From Sminthopsis crassicaudata (lineage: Eukaryota): 64,000 bases of DNA. The translations under genes were made by a program, and so were the position numbers. The stretch is taken from positions 444,693,261 to 444,757,260 of the forward strand of contig NC_133620.1 in assembly GCF_048593235.1 (NCBI RefSeq), given 5' to 3'. Under the pieces are notes generated by a model. It was not told the origin of the DNA, did no database searches, and was given only the letters and a program-made list of their open reading frames with translations. Positions 24,004 to 36,591 of the stretch are shown one piece after another; position 1 is the first letter of the stretch, and each line of letters starts with the position of its first letter.

Positions 24004-25262
24004 TTAAGATTCATTGTTCTGGACTCCTGTGGCCTTTAATTTCAGGTCATTCATATAATCCTGAACCCAGGCATGTTTAGGGTTGGCACATATTTCCCAA
24101 TTCTCATTGTTGAAAAACCTGTGGAGTGAGAGAAGAGATGAGAGACCCAGAAGCTTTTCAGCTGGAGGTGAAGGGAAGGTTTCTCAGTTCCCCACTTCCC
24201 AATTTCCTCTAAATGTCTGGAAGCGATTACCCACTTTTCCATTTTCTGAAACCTATTGAGTTCATCTGTCTCTTTCTAGAGACATGCCCGGGAGACATTT
24301 CTTAGCCTTCTTCCACTTATCACTGGAACTTGGAGGCAATTATTCCTGGGAGAACCTAACCTGGGCATGGAACCACAGGGGCTATGGCAGCCTCACCTGA
24401 GTTGCCTCAGCGACCCCTTAGGCCAAATTCCCAAATGGTTTCATTTTTCTTTCCTTTATCCCCTTTATTCTTTAAGGAGACTCGGGGGTAGATACTTACA
24501 CCACACCTGGTTGAGAACAACGGCTGCTGGTTTTATAATAGCCAATCACAGAGTTTCTGGAAATTCGGTTTTTGACATAGTGGAAGCAACAGGTATCAGA
24601 ATGGCCGGGACCAGCTGTAAAGGAAAGAGTTGCCTTAAGTTAGTTTGGCCATAGTCTCACATAGCACATTCCTTAGATGCTTTTCATCAAGTACACTCCT
24701 TCATGTCTCCCTAACCCTGGTTCTCTCCAGCACCAGGTATGATTCCCATTGCACCTGGAGGAAGGCAGACCTGCTCTCCTCATCTCCATAAAGGGACCTA
24801 GGGAAAAACCTGAAATAGGAGAGCTAGGAAGAATGGCAGAGATCTACTCATGCAACTCCTATCTTTTATGGAGGAATCCAGTTGCTGCAGAAACCAAGAG
24901 TATTTAGTATCAAAGTCAAAACTAGAACCTAGTTGGACTAGAGGACAATCTAATGCCCCTTCTTCTCTTTTCTCCTGCCTTGAACTTACATGTTAACCAG
25001 CACATATTGTCAAGGGCATGTTAATGCTTTCAAGCCCCAAATCTATAGAAAACCTCTTACATCTTCACTCCCCTCTACACCCTCATCAGATTCCTTTAAT
25101 CACACTATGGCTCTCTCTGATCAAGGCTCTGTCCAGCTCACAACCAGAACCTGGGCAAAGCCACAAACATTAGGAACAACCCCACTTACTTATTGCCGAG
25201 CATTCAGGAAAATTGAAGGCCATGACCATGAGGATGGAGAGTGCAACCACAAAGAACTTCAT
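24004..25262 (-). CDS. Divergent CC chemokine gene C1; exons 25190-25262, 24500-24614, 24004-24118; 100 aa
   Basis: Canonical GT-AG splicing gives MKFFVVALSILMVMAFNFPECSAI-TGPGHSDTCCFHYVKNRISRNSVIGYYKTSSRCSQPGVV-FFNNENWEICANPKHAWVQDYMNDLKLKATGVQNNES*. All four chemokine cysteines are present. Confidence 0.93.
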
Positions 25263-25349
25263 GATCCTGAGAGGAGAGAGGAGCTGGAGGAGCAGAGCAC
25301 AGGCTTAGACACACTGTAGCTTTGTGTCTATCTCATTTTTTGGTCCCCT

Positions 25350-25428
25350 TTTTATAGGATTTTGGGAGTTCATGAAAAGAGGGAACCAACAGAAAATGAA
25401 TGGAAATCCTAAGAAAGAGATGATGTCA
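25350..25428 (-). promoter_or_regulatory. C1 core promoter: TATAAAA 25350-25356, GGATTTCC, ATF/CRE-like TGACATCA 25421-25428 (copies: TATA 36679-36685 and 48059-48065)
   Basis: Motifs read directly at positions homologous to the other paralogs. Confidence 0.7.
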
Positions 25429-27319
25429 TTGTGAGTAATCAGAAACGAAAATGCAAAGTTGCTACCAGGAGCTGACATTTTCTTCCTCATTGCAGTTTTA
25501 CCATTTTGTATATGTGTGTGTGTGGGGGTGGGGGTTGTAACTTATAGCGAGAAGGAATGAAGAGAGAAGGTGTTGAGGAGTGGAGATTGGTGCTCAGTGG
25601 GGTGTGATGAACTTGAGTGGTAGTAGACACGGGCAAAGCTAAATAAGAAGGTTAGTATTAATCACCAATTGGAAGTTGGCATTCAGAATGAATTCTAGAT
25701 TGTAAGATTACAGATTTAGATTTAGATCTAGCAGGGCCCTTAGTGATCATCTAGTTTAACTTCTCATTGATTATAGCCCATGTGTCCTCTATGGCTCTTT
25801 ATCCAATCACTCAGTTCCACTGATGAACCGCTGAACTTGGCTCCGTATTTTCCTTATCCTTACACCCTCCCTTACCTTATACAAGCTTGTTTGGAAGATT
25901 CAGATGTTGTTCCCTAATGCCATAAATTGGACCTTTAATTAGTTCCTTTCTCTTTGAGATTATCAGCTCAAAATCAATTGAATCGTGCAGATTTAAGCGA
26001 TTTTTGCAATAATGTATAAGCTATGGTGGTTCCATAAAAACAGCTGGTACAAAGCATCTTTCAAAAGTCTGGGACACACTCTCCCAGAAGAACATCGAGA
26101 ATCCAGGGGGAAATGGGCTTCAGCTTAAAGAGTGTAGAGATGATTAGGCGACTTGATGACTGTGAGTTTTACTTGTGGCAAAGGCATAAATCATAGCCTC
26201 CAGTTGCTGGAAAGTTTTTTCCATTCATGGAGTAAAGTTCCATTAAGCATGATGAAACTTCTTGGTTTGTGATGTAGACCATGATGAAACAAGGGCATTG
26301 ATAGAAAATAATGGAAAAATAAGAAGTCCAAAATCTTCCAGAAGTATTGCACCCATATATGATGTAATCCATCAATATTTGCAAGCTTGCTCTTCTTCTA
26401 GCCACATCGGGGATGTAGTTTAGGAGAAGTAAACACATCTTAATTAAAAATCTCTCCTTAGTCATTTCCTCCTGCACAGCAGAGATATTGTTGGAAAGCA
26501 GGGAAACAGCCCAATTTCTGGAATTGATCTCTTCTCAACTCCCTTGATAATTCATAGATGATCCCTGGGCTGAGGTTGTTTCCTTGACCTATCCTAATAT
26601 AATTCCTGTGTAAAGTCATTCTAATTCAAAGGTGAGTTGAGACATTACACCTACACAGGCTAAAGGGATTGTGTGCTTTAGTTTCCCTCATATAATAAGT
26701 TTTATAGATAGGTAGATATAGATGTACACACACACACACACGCCTAACAAAAGTATGAGGCTGGATTTAAGCTCAGGTTCTTCTCACTCTAAGGTTGATA
26801 TTGTGCCATCTAATGACCTCACCTAATTTTGCCCTAAAGATTTCAATTAAGCATGATAAACTTTCTTGGCTTCTGAGGAAGGCAGGCTTATTCTTTTTAT
26901 CTCCACTTTATTCATGGTAAAATTGCATCTTGAAGTATATGGTGTGAGATTTGGGTCTAAATCTATTTTCCCAGCAGTTTCAAGGAAGAGAGTTCTTACC
27001 CAATAAGTGATGTCCTTAGATATACTATGGTATGCTCTGCCATTTTTTTCTGCTTCTGTGTGAGAGTTCAGTATAAATGAGAAAGGGGAAGAATTTATAC
27101 CATGATAGCAAAATATCTGTGGAAGTTACTGAGTATGCTGATCATTGAGATGACTTATCATGTTATTCAAAAGACTGATGATAAAATTTGCTTCCCACTT
27201 TTGTCTGGCTGTACATAGACTCGAGAGCACTAGAACGAGGCAAACATTGCAGCCACAGCTGATGTCTGAAATTGTTATGTTTGATAATACTTATTTGTAC
27301 ATTGTACCTTGTTATTGTG

Positions 27320-27590
27320 TCTCTGTTTCTCTGTCTCTTTCTATCTCTGTCAATCTCTTCCAACTCTCTGCCTTTATGTGTCTCTTTTTTCTGTCTCTGT
27401 GTCTCTCTTTTTCTGTCTCTATCTCTGTCTTTGTCAATCTCTGTATCTGTCTCTGTGCATGTCTCTGTTTGTCTATGTCTCTTTCTGACTGTGCGTGTGG
27501 TTCTGTTTCTGTCTCTCTGTCTCTATCTGTCCGTCTGTCTCTGTCTTTCTTTCTCTCTTTTCCAATCTAGTATTATTTGTCACTCTCTCT
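27320..27590. repeat. CT/TCTG-rich degenerate microsatellite (homologues at ~9100-9430, 15080-15200, 38660-38935, 50025-50305)
   Basis: Low-complexity tctctg repeats. These explain the spurious S/L/C-rich ORFs in the track. Confidence 0.85.
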
Positions 27591-27771
27591 CTTAACCTCC
27601 ACTTCCTATGTTCCTCACCCTTTCTGAGCTTCTGGGTGATAAGAGAAAAAAGATATGAATATGTTTCTTCAGCCAGTCTTCACACTGTTTATCCAAAGAT
27701 TTTTTCTAATTTACCCTCAAGGGTGAGATTGGCTAGTTGCTCAACACTTCTTATATATTACCTTATGATTT

Positions 27772-28010
27772 ACTTTATTTTATAAGTATAACTTTTTTTG
27801 ACAGTATATATGCATGGGTAATTTTTTATACCATTATCCCTTGCAGTTACTTCTGTTCTGACCTTTTCCTTTCCTTCCCTCCACCCCTTCCCCTAGGCTG
27901 CAGGCAGTCTTATACATGTTAGATATGTTATAGTAGATCTTAGATACAATATATGTGTGCAGAACCGAATTTCTTGTTGCACAGGAAGAATTGGATTCAG
28001 AAGGCAAAAA
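27772..28010 (-). mobile_element. L1 3'-end fragment in the B2 3'UTR with AATAAA at 27774-27779 (copies at 39131-39368 and 50501-50740)
   Basis: Marsupial L1 3'-end sequence (ttctgaatccaattcttcctgtgcaacaagaa...aggggaaggggtggagggaagg...aataaa on the minus strand). It is absent from the B1 flank. Confidence 0.75.
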
Positions 28011-28194
28011 TTCTAATAATATAAATACCCCAAACTGTCATCTCATAATTCATATAAATTAAATTTCATTGATTAAAAACAACCCAGGAAGGCTGGGGTC
28101 TGGGGAGATTGCATCTGAATGTGGAATTCCCTAGCTTGGTCCATTTCCTTTTAAGATTCATTGTTCTAAGCCTCTGAAGCCTTCAATTCAGCTC

Positions 28195-29439
28195 TCAGTC
28201 ATGTATGTACTTCTGAACCCAGCCATCATTTGGGTTGGCACACTTCTCCTGCCCCTTTTTGGTCAGGAAACTGTAGAGTAAGGAAAGAGAATATGAGAGA
28301 TCAAGGACCTTTCCAACTGGAAATTAAGGGGAAGTCTCTCTGTTACCCTTTTCTCAACTTTCTGTAGATATCTGGAAGGGACTAAGGAAACACTCTCCCA
28401 AGTTCTGAAACCTCCATCAGTCCCACAGAGTCCATCTGTCTCTTTCTAGAGACATCCCTAGGAGAGATTTTCTCAGCCTCCTTTCTGACCTCGAATTATT
28501 GTTGCTTCCATTCATCCCTCTCCATTGGAGAGTGTTGTTCACCTCTTGCTCCCAGAAAGACCAAACCTGGACATGGACCACATGGGCCACTGCTCTCCCT
28601 TTTATCTCCCTGAGCTGTCTGATGTAGCCATTTGGCCAAATTGCCAAAGAGCTTCATTCTCTCTTACTATCATCCTACCCTAAATCCTCTAAGAAGCCTC
28701 AGTGAGTAGATACTCACACCACAGCTGGCTGGGAACACAGGCTGCTGGTCTTATAATAGTCTGTCACAAATTTTCTGGGGATCTGCTGTCTGACATGGGA
28801 GAAGCAGCAGGCGGTGGGAGTGTTGGAGCCCAATGTAAAGAAAAGAGTTGCATGAAATCAGTAAGACCATACAGATTCCGTGGGTAAGGTTCTTCATCAG
28901 ACACACACTGGCGATGTCCTTTCTCATATCTCCCCTCTAGTACTAGGCACAGTTCTCTGGGAAGGAGGAAGATGAGAAGTGACATTCCCATTCCCAGGTG
29001 GGTATCGATGGAGAAAACATAAAAAGCTAGAGATGGATGGGATGTCAAACATCACACTGTCCAGATTCTTTTTTAGAGAGGAAAATGCTTGTCACAAGTA
29101 TTTTAGTATCAGAGCCAAAACTAGGACCAAGCTGGATAAAGGCTCAGTCTAGTGATTCTTGCTTGTCTTGATCTTACATATTAAATAGCAAATCAAGTCA
29201 AGAGCAAGGCATTAAAAACCCTATGTGCTCTTGTCCCTGTCATTCAGGGCTCCCCCTCCCCACACTCCCAGATCTCTGTGATCATATCAAGCTAATCTGT
29301 CAGGGTTGTCCCAGAGTATGACTAGAGCCTGGGTACAGACACAGAGGCAGGAGGAAACTCACTTACTTGGTGTAGAGGATGCCAGAGAACTGAAGATCAT
29401 GACTATGAGTATGGAAAGGGCAGCCACAGAGACCTTCAT
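28195..29439 (-). pseudogene. CCL4-like gene B2; exons 29367-29439, 28718-28832, 28195-28270; acceptor AG>AT at 28833-28834
   Basis: Near-identical to B1 (offset ~11.33 kb), with the same acceptor lesion and the same early TGA. Confidence 0.8.
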
Positions 29440-32164
29440 GATCCTGAGAGGCAAAAGGGGCTGTGGGAGCAGAGCACAATCTAAGAGACTCTGCAGATCT
29501 CTGTCTCAGTCTCATGTTTGGACCCTGATTTTATAGGGGCATCTGAGAGAACCCAGGGAGATGGAGGCAACATAAGAAAGTAGAAATTCCTGTGTAAAAT
29601 GTATGATATCATGGGGGGATTGTTAACTCAAAAGTGAACATAGGAAATACAAGGCTGGTGTCAAGAAACTGAGGTACTCACCCGCAGGGCAGTTTCATCA
29701 TGGGAGAAAAAGGAGGGGGGATAGAGAGAGAAGTGTGCATGTGATAGAGCGGCAAAGGTGTTAAGGGGGAAGTGGTGAACTTGTGTTAGAAGCAGAGACA
29801 GATAAGAAAAGTACAAAATCAAATAGCAAAGGGTTAAGCTCATCCTTTATCTAAAGGAGTATTCCTACTGCCTCGATATCAGAACAGCCTATATTTTAAG
29901 TGTGTAGATTTAAAACTAGAAATGTCATTAGTGATTTAGTCCAACAATTTCTTTTTAAAACTAAAGAAACTGGGGTCTAAAAAGATGTGACTAATGCTAG
30001 ATCACAATGGCAGTTAGAAGCACTTCTTGGATCTCATTCCTTATCTGCTGACTATACATCTTTTCACTCAAAAAGACTAGCCCATACAAGAAATTCGTGT
30101 CCCCTTATCAATACTCCCAAGGAAAATTTTTGTGGAAATGAGGACAGAACAGCACCAGGCAATGGGGACATTTAATTTTGTTCCATTCCTTTCTATATGA
30201 TGCCATTAGCATCAATTTGCATAACTTTTTAAGGGCACAAATTTTTTTTGACATTGACCATTTAAGCTTAGTATTTTTATCCCCTTCTTTCTAAACCTTA
30301 CTAGTTGTATGGTCTTTAATGTCACAGCTAACAGTCTAATAAGAGGTATTGGAAAAGAGTGGCTACAAAATTATTGGTTATTGTAATGAAGCATCTTGTC
30401 TAGTTTCCATAACTAGTGAGTAACAGATTCTGGATCCAGTCTTGGCCTTTCTGACATCAAGGAAATTTACATAAGCTGTGGGGGGCACTTAAGGGGAAGG
30501 AGGCAATGTGATACTGTAGTGGGGCTGTAGGTATGGAATAATGAGCAGAATTGCTAGATATTAATACAACATCATCATAGACATGTCCTTTTTAAAAAAA
30601 GAAAATGAAATTGATTTATAATCAACAAAACATTATGTGGAGAAATGCTTGAGATGTGGATATAATAGATAATGTTGCCACTAGATGAATTCAGGAATGA
30701 TTGTAAGGTATCTCCTTCCATTTCCCTCCAGTTTGCTTTTGATACAATCTTTCATGTCTAGTTATGGTGATGCTTTGGAGGATATTGCACTATATTATAT
30801 AAGATGCTATATCTGATTTCTGTCTGCCTGCCCTCCAGTTTTCCTAGAATTTTTGTCACATACTAATCTTTCCCCAAATGGGTGACATTCTTGAGTTGGT
30901 CAAACTCTCTTTTGGTATATATACAAGCCCCTTCACAATGAAGGCAATGGAAGTAAGAGAAAAACTGATGAAATGACTTTAATATCGTAGAGGAAAGCAA
31001 CTTTGAATGAGTTAAGAATGCTGATGATTGCAATGACTCATTATTCCATGAGAAAACTGAAGATGACTCCGTTTTTCCTCTCTTTTGGCATGGAGGTGAC
31101 AAATTAGAAGTATCAAATCAGTCAAGCATTTTCAGTCATTGCAATGTTTTCGATTGCTTTGCTATTTTTACTTAATCTGTTATATGAAAGGGTTTCTTTT
31201 GAGAAATGATGGCAATTAGTGGATAACAATGGCCATCTAAAAGGAAAATGAAAGCTCAGGAATGAAAAAAATAAATTAGAAACACAAAGAGAACAGAGCA
31301 GAAGTAAGGACAGAAGGAGATGCCAACAAGCAGGGGAGTTCCCCTACCATTGTGATAAATTTAATATATACTTTAAAATAGCCAAATATGAGCATTCATT
31401 GATATTTTATTATTTGTAATAAAAAGGAAACACTTTATGGTCTCTGAGTGTCATAGCAATGTTATTTGTATGAAAGAAATTAGAGGAGACACTACAACAT
31501 GGGTTTAGGGATTACTCCCTTTTAGTCAATGGTTCTTCTTGAAAAATTCTGCTTAGTCATTGTATAGGTTTGGACTGTGGCTCTTCCCTATGACTCTTTC
31601 CATGTGCAGAGAATCCCAAGTTACTTTTTCTTATGCTCAGTGTTGTCTGAGTCATGGGAGAGGAAAAAAAGAGAAGGAAAGAAGATCTTTTCAGCCAAGA
31701 AGGAAGAGGGAGAAGAAAATCAAAACAGATCTAGGATTCTTCCTTCATAGTGTAATTTTTAAAATATGGACTTCTCACATTTTGAACTCAGCATATTTCA
31801 GGCAAGTGTTACCTCATACAAAAATCCATTTCTAATTCCCCATGTATACAATGCTTCTCTCCATCCTCTGTAGTTAATGCAAATTTATTTTGTAAATAAA
31901 ATTTAAAATTTACTTCTCTGGCTATGTAGTTTCCTTACACTGGACTTCACATTCACTTGAACTACATATTCCTTCTGGGTAGGGATTGTTTTATTTTTTT
32001 TCTATTTGGGACTTTGCCACCTAACACACATCATATGGTAGCTACTTAATAAAACTTGTGTAATACCAATAAATGTTGTAGAGGGATTTGCTGTTCAAGG
32101 TAAAAGATTGGCCTCATTGACCTCAAAGTTCTTGCCAGTCCTGCATTTCTTCAGTTCTATTCTT

Positions 32165-33660
32165 AGTTTTGTTTTTTGTTTTTTGTTTTTTGTTTTTTCA
32201 TTTTATCTTCTCTTTTTTTCTCTTTTTTGTTTTTTTTTTTTTTTTTAAAAAGCTTTTTCTTTTCAAATATGGTATTTAATTGAGGGTTTTTAATTTGCCC
32301 TTTTTTTAGTTGTAAAGCCAACTCACTGATCTCTTTTTCTATTTTATGGAAGTAAGCATCTAGAGATATAAAATTTCCCATAGTAATCACTTTGGCTGCA
32401 TCCACAAAGTATAGTATGTTGTCTCATTCCCTTGGATGAAATTACTAATTGTGTCTATGAATTGTTGTTTTGCCCATTCATTCTTTAGTATAGGGTTATT
32501 TAGTTTCCAATTAATTTGGGGGCTATTTTCCTCTAGCCTTTTATTGCATATGCTATTTATTGCATCATGATCTGAAAAAATGCATTAATATTTCTACCTT
32601 TCTGCATTTGATTTTGAGTTTTCATGCCCTAATATGTGGTCAATTTTTGTATACTTTCCATGAATCACTGAGAAAAAAGGAAACTCCTTTTTGTCTCCAT
32701 TCAATTTTCTCCAAAGACTTCTTACCTAAGTTTTCTAACATTCTGTTTACCTCCTTAACTTCTTGCTTATTTATTTTGTCTTTTGATTTATCTAGTTCTG
32801 AGAGAGCAACGTTGAGACCCCCAGTAGTGTGGTTTTGCTGTCTATTTCTTCTTGCATCTCTCATAACTTCTCCTCTAGGAATTTGGCTGCTACACCACTT
32901 GGTCCATATATGTTTAGTACTGATATTCATCTTCATTAGTATTGATGTTCATCTTCAATATCTATAGTAGCCTTTAGCAAGATATAGTTTCTTTCCTTAT
33001 TTCTCTTAATTAGATCAATTTTTGCTTTTGCTTGATCTGAGATCAGGATTGCTACCCCCACTTTTTGTATCACCCTGTTTCAGGTGTGTTTCCTGTAAAC
33101 AACATATTGTAGGATTCTGGCTTTTAATCCAGTCTGCTAATTGCTTCCTCTTTATGGGGGAGTTTACCCCATTCCTATTTATGGTTAAAATGACTAATTC
33201 TATATTGCTTGCCATCCTGTTAACCCCTACTTATGCTTTTCTCCTTTCCTTCCCTCTTACCCCCCTCCCCAGTATTAAACTTGTGAGCACCACTTGCTTT
33301 TCACAGCCCTCCCTTTTTAGTATCCTTTCCATTCCAAATTTTTTCCTCCTTCCATCCACTTCCTCCCCTAGGTGGCAGGTTGTCCAAGACATGTTAAATA
33401 TGTTAAAATATATGTTAAATCCAATATATGTATACGTATTTATACATTTATCTTGCTAAAGAAGAAAAAGGAGGGAAAAATCTGGGAAAGAAAACAAAAT
33501 GCAAGTAAATATCAACAGAAAGAGGGAAAATGATATATTGTGATCCACACTCAATTCCCACAGTCCTCTCTCTGGGTTGTATGGCTCTCTTCATCACTTA
33601 ACAATTGTAAGTGGTTTGAATCATCTCACTGTTGAAGAGAGTCATGTTCATGAGAATTTA
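32165..33660 (-). mobile_element. L1 composite, U2 copy
   Basis: Same ORF-track peptides as 20.8-22.3 kb (32640-32936, 33015-33215). Confidence 0.9.
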
Positions 33661-35332
33661 GTTTTATCTATCATTTTCTTTACCTCAACTTCCCATCTTC
33701 CTCACCCTCTCTGAGCTTCTGGTTGATAAGAGAAACAAGATATGAACATATTTCTTCAGCCAATCCAAACACTCCTTCTGTCTTCACACTCTTCATCTAA
33801 AGATTTTTTCTAATTTACCCTAAAGGATGGGATTAACTAGTTGCTTAAGACTTTTATCTAGTACCTTATGACTTACTTTAAAAGAGTTAGAGCCACTTGA
33901 TTTTTTTTCTTGGCTAAATCAACAGCTCATCTTTATACTATATAGCATATATATGCATTGACATGCAGATTCCTGTCTTTATAAACTCTCATTTGAAAAC
34001 AAATGTCAGAGGCAGGATAAGGATTCACATCTACTGAATCTAAATCAAAAGTAATCAATTTAGTACAGATGCCTCCAACATTAAAAGAAGTACTTGTTAG
34101 GCTAAAGTTAAATATACTGAATCTGTGTAGAAGCCCAGCTTAGGTAAGCTGTACATGGTCACTCAGATAGTGAAGCCAGGATTTGGCCTAATTATTCTGA
34201 CTCTACATGTAACACTTTTTTCTGCTATTATGTCATGAGAAATAATTCCCATTTGATGACCTCTTCCCTCATTCTCTTTTTGTGTGACACTGAATTTCCA
34301 TTGTGCCCTGAGCATATACACTGTTTCCTGAAAGTTCCCTGACAACATCTCAAGATCATAGGATTGGAGACACGGAAGGGAACCCACCAGACATCTAGTT
34401 CAAGACATAAGCAACTAGAGCGTCTCTATGACTGGTCACCTGACCTCTGTTTAATGACCTCCAAAGAGAGGAGCCAGTTGCCATACTAGGCATCTGATTT
34501 CAGGTTTGGAAAGTTCTAATTAGTGGGAGGTTGTTATTTATCCTATTATTAATCCTCTACCTCCTTGTCATTTTTACCCATTGCTCATTTGGGCAGAAAC
34601 ACTGCAAGCCTGACCCTCCTCCTCATAATAGCTCTTCAAATACTTCAGTAAAACTACCATAACTGCCATGAATTCTTTCCTTTCTTCATTAGCCATCCTT
34701 CACCTCATCCTTAAGTGACAGGGACTCTGGACTATGCTTCTTCCTGATTAAACACTACTGCTAACCCAATATCTTTCTAAACTGTAGTGCACAGAATTGA
34801 ATATAGTATTAGAGGCCAGACTATGGTGGGATTAGCAATCTTTCTTCTGGGAACCTATGCCTCTCGATGTAGATTAGACATGTGGGGGCCCTTGAGTTTG
34901 CTGAATCAAAATGAGATGGTAATACACTTCAACAACCATTTTTTTTCATTCAGAATAAATGCTGCCTAAATCATCTCCCCCTTTCTAGTATGATAGTAAA
35001 GGAACTCTATCGGAGCAATCCTATTTCTCTTGGGAAAACCAAAAAGACACAGAAAACATAATGGCTTGAAAAAGCTTTATTCTGAATTCTTTGTCCAACA
35101 CATATTCATGGAACTCAGCAGATGGCCCCAGGTTTCAAAGGAAGCAAAGGTTAGGGCCTAACCCCCATGAGGGACAGGTGTCCTTCAAAGTGCAACTAGT
35201 ACCAACAAATACCAAAACTTCCAGCTAATAATTTAAATAAATTAAATTTAACTGATTAAAACAAGCCAGGAAGGCTGGGTTCTGGGGTGATTTCATCTGA
35301 ATGTGGAATTCCTTGGGTTAGTCCATATCCTT

Positions 35333-36591
35333 TTAAGATTCATTGTTCTGGACTCCTGTGGCCTTTAATTTCAGGTCATTCATATAATCCTGAACCCAGG
35401 CATGTTTAGGGTTGGCACATATTTCCCAATTCTCATTGTTGAAAAACCTGTGGAGTGAGAGAAGAGATGAGAGACCCAGAAGCTTTTCAGCTGGAGGTGA
35501 AGGGAAGGTTTCTCAGTTCCCCACTTCCCAATTTCCTCTAAATGTCTGGAAGGGATTAACCACTTTTCCATTTTCTGAAACCTATTGAGTTCATCTGTCT
35601 CTTTCTAGAGACATGCCCGGGAGACATTTCTTAGCCTTCTTCCACTTATCACTGGAACTTGGAGGCAATTATTCCTGGGAGAACCTAACCTGGGCATGGA
35701 ACCACAGGGGCTATGGCAGCCTCACCTGAGTTGCCTCAGCGACCCCTTTGGCCAAATTCCCAAATGGTTTCATTTTTCTTTCCTTTATCCCCTTTATTCT
35801 TTAAGGAGACTCGGGGGTAGATACTTACACCACACCTGGTTGAGAACAACGGCTGCTGGTTTTATAATAGCCAATCACAGAGTTTCTGGAAATTCGGTTT
35901 TTGACATAGTGGAAGCAACAGGTATCAGAATGGCCGGGACCAGCTGTAAAGGAAAGAGTTGCCTTAAGTTAGTTTGGCCATAGTCTCACATAGCACATTC
36001 CTTAGATGCTTTTCATCAAGTACGCTCCTTCATGTCTCCCTAACCCTGGTTCTCTCCAGCACCAGGTATGATTCCCATTGCACCTGGAGGAAGGCAGACC
36101 TGCTCTCCTCATCTCCATAAAGGGACCTAGGGAAAAACCTGAAATAGGAGAGCTAGGAAGAATGGCAGAGATCTACTCATGCAACTCCTATCTTTTATGG
36201 AGGAATCCAGTTGCTGCAGAAACCAAGAGTATTTAGTATCAAAGTCAGAACTAGAACCTAGTTGGACTAGAGGACAATCTAATGCCCCTTCTTCTCTTTT
36301 CTCCTGCCTTGAACTTACATGTTAACCAGCACATATTGTCAAGGGCATGTTAATGCTTTCAAGCCCCAAATCTATAGAAAACCTCTTACATCTTCACTCC
36401 CCTCTACACCCTCATCAGATTCCTTTAATCACACTATGGCTCTCTCTGATCAAGGCTCTGTCCAGCTCACAACCAGAACCTGGGCAAAGCCACAAACATT
36501 AGGAACAACCCCACTTACTTATTGCCGAGCATTCAGGAAAATTGAAGGCCATGACCATGAGGATGGAGAGTGCAACCACAAAGAACTTCAT
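35333..36591 (-). CDS. CC chemokine gene C2; exons 36519-36591, 35829-35943, 35333-35447; 100 aa
   Basis: Offset 11329 from C1. The coding exons read identical to C1 and the splice sites are intact. Confidence 0.93.

Larger units (their letters stand above)
16790..28120. repeat. Tandem segmental unit U1 (~11.33 kb: B gene, spacer, L1 composite, C gene, upstream flank)
   Basis: Identical or near-identical ORF-track entries recur at offsets of 11328-11380 (for example 17436/28764/40122 and 24367/35696/47076). High identity begins near tctgaatgtggaattcc at ~16790. Confidence 0.95.

Noticed and set aside
27160-27785. Overlapping Leu/Ser/Cys-rich ORFs (also at 38.5-39.1 kb and 49.9-50.5 kb)
   Set aside because: They are translations of a CT/TCTG microsatellite.
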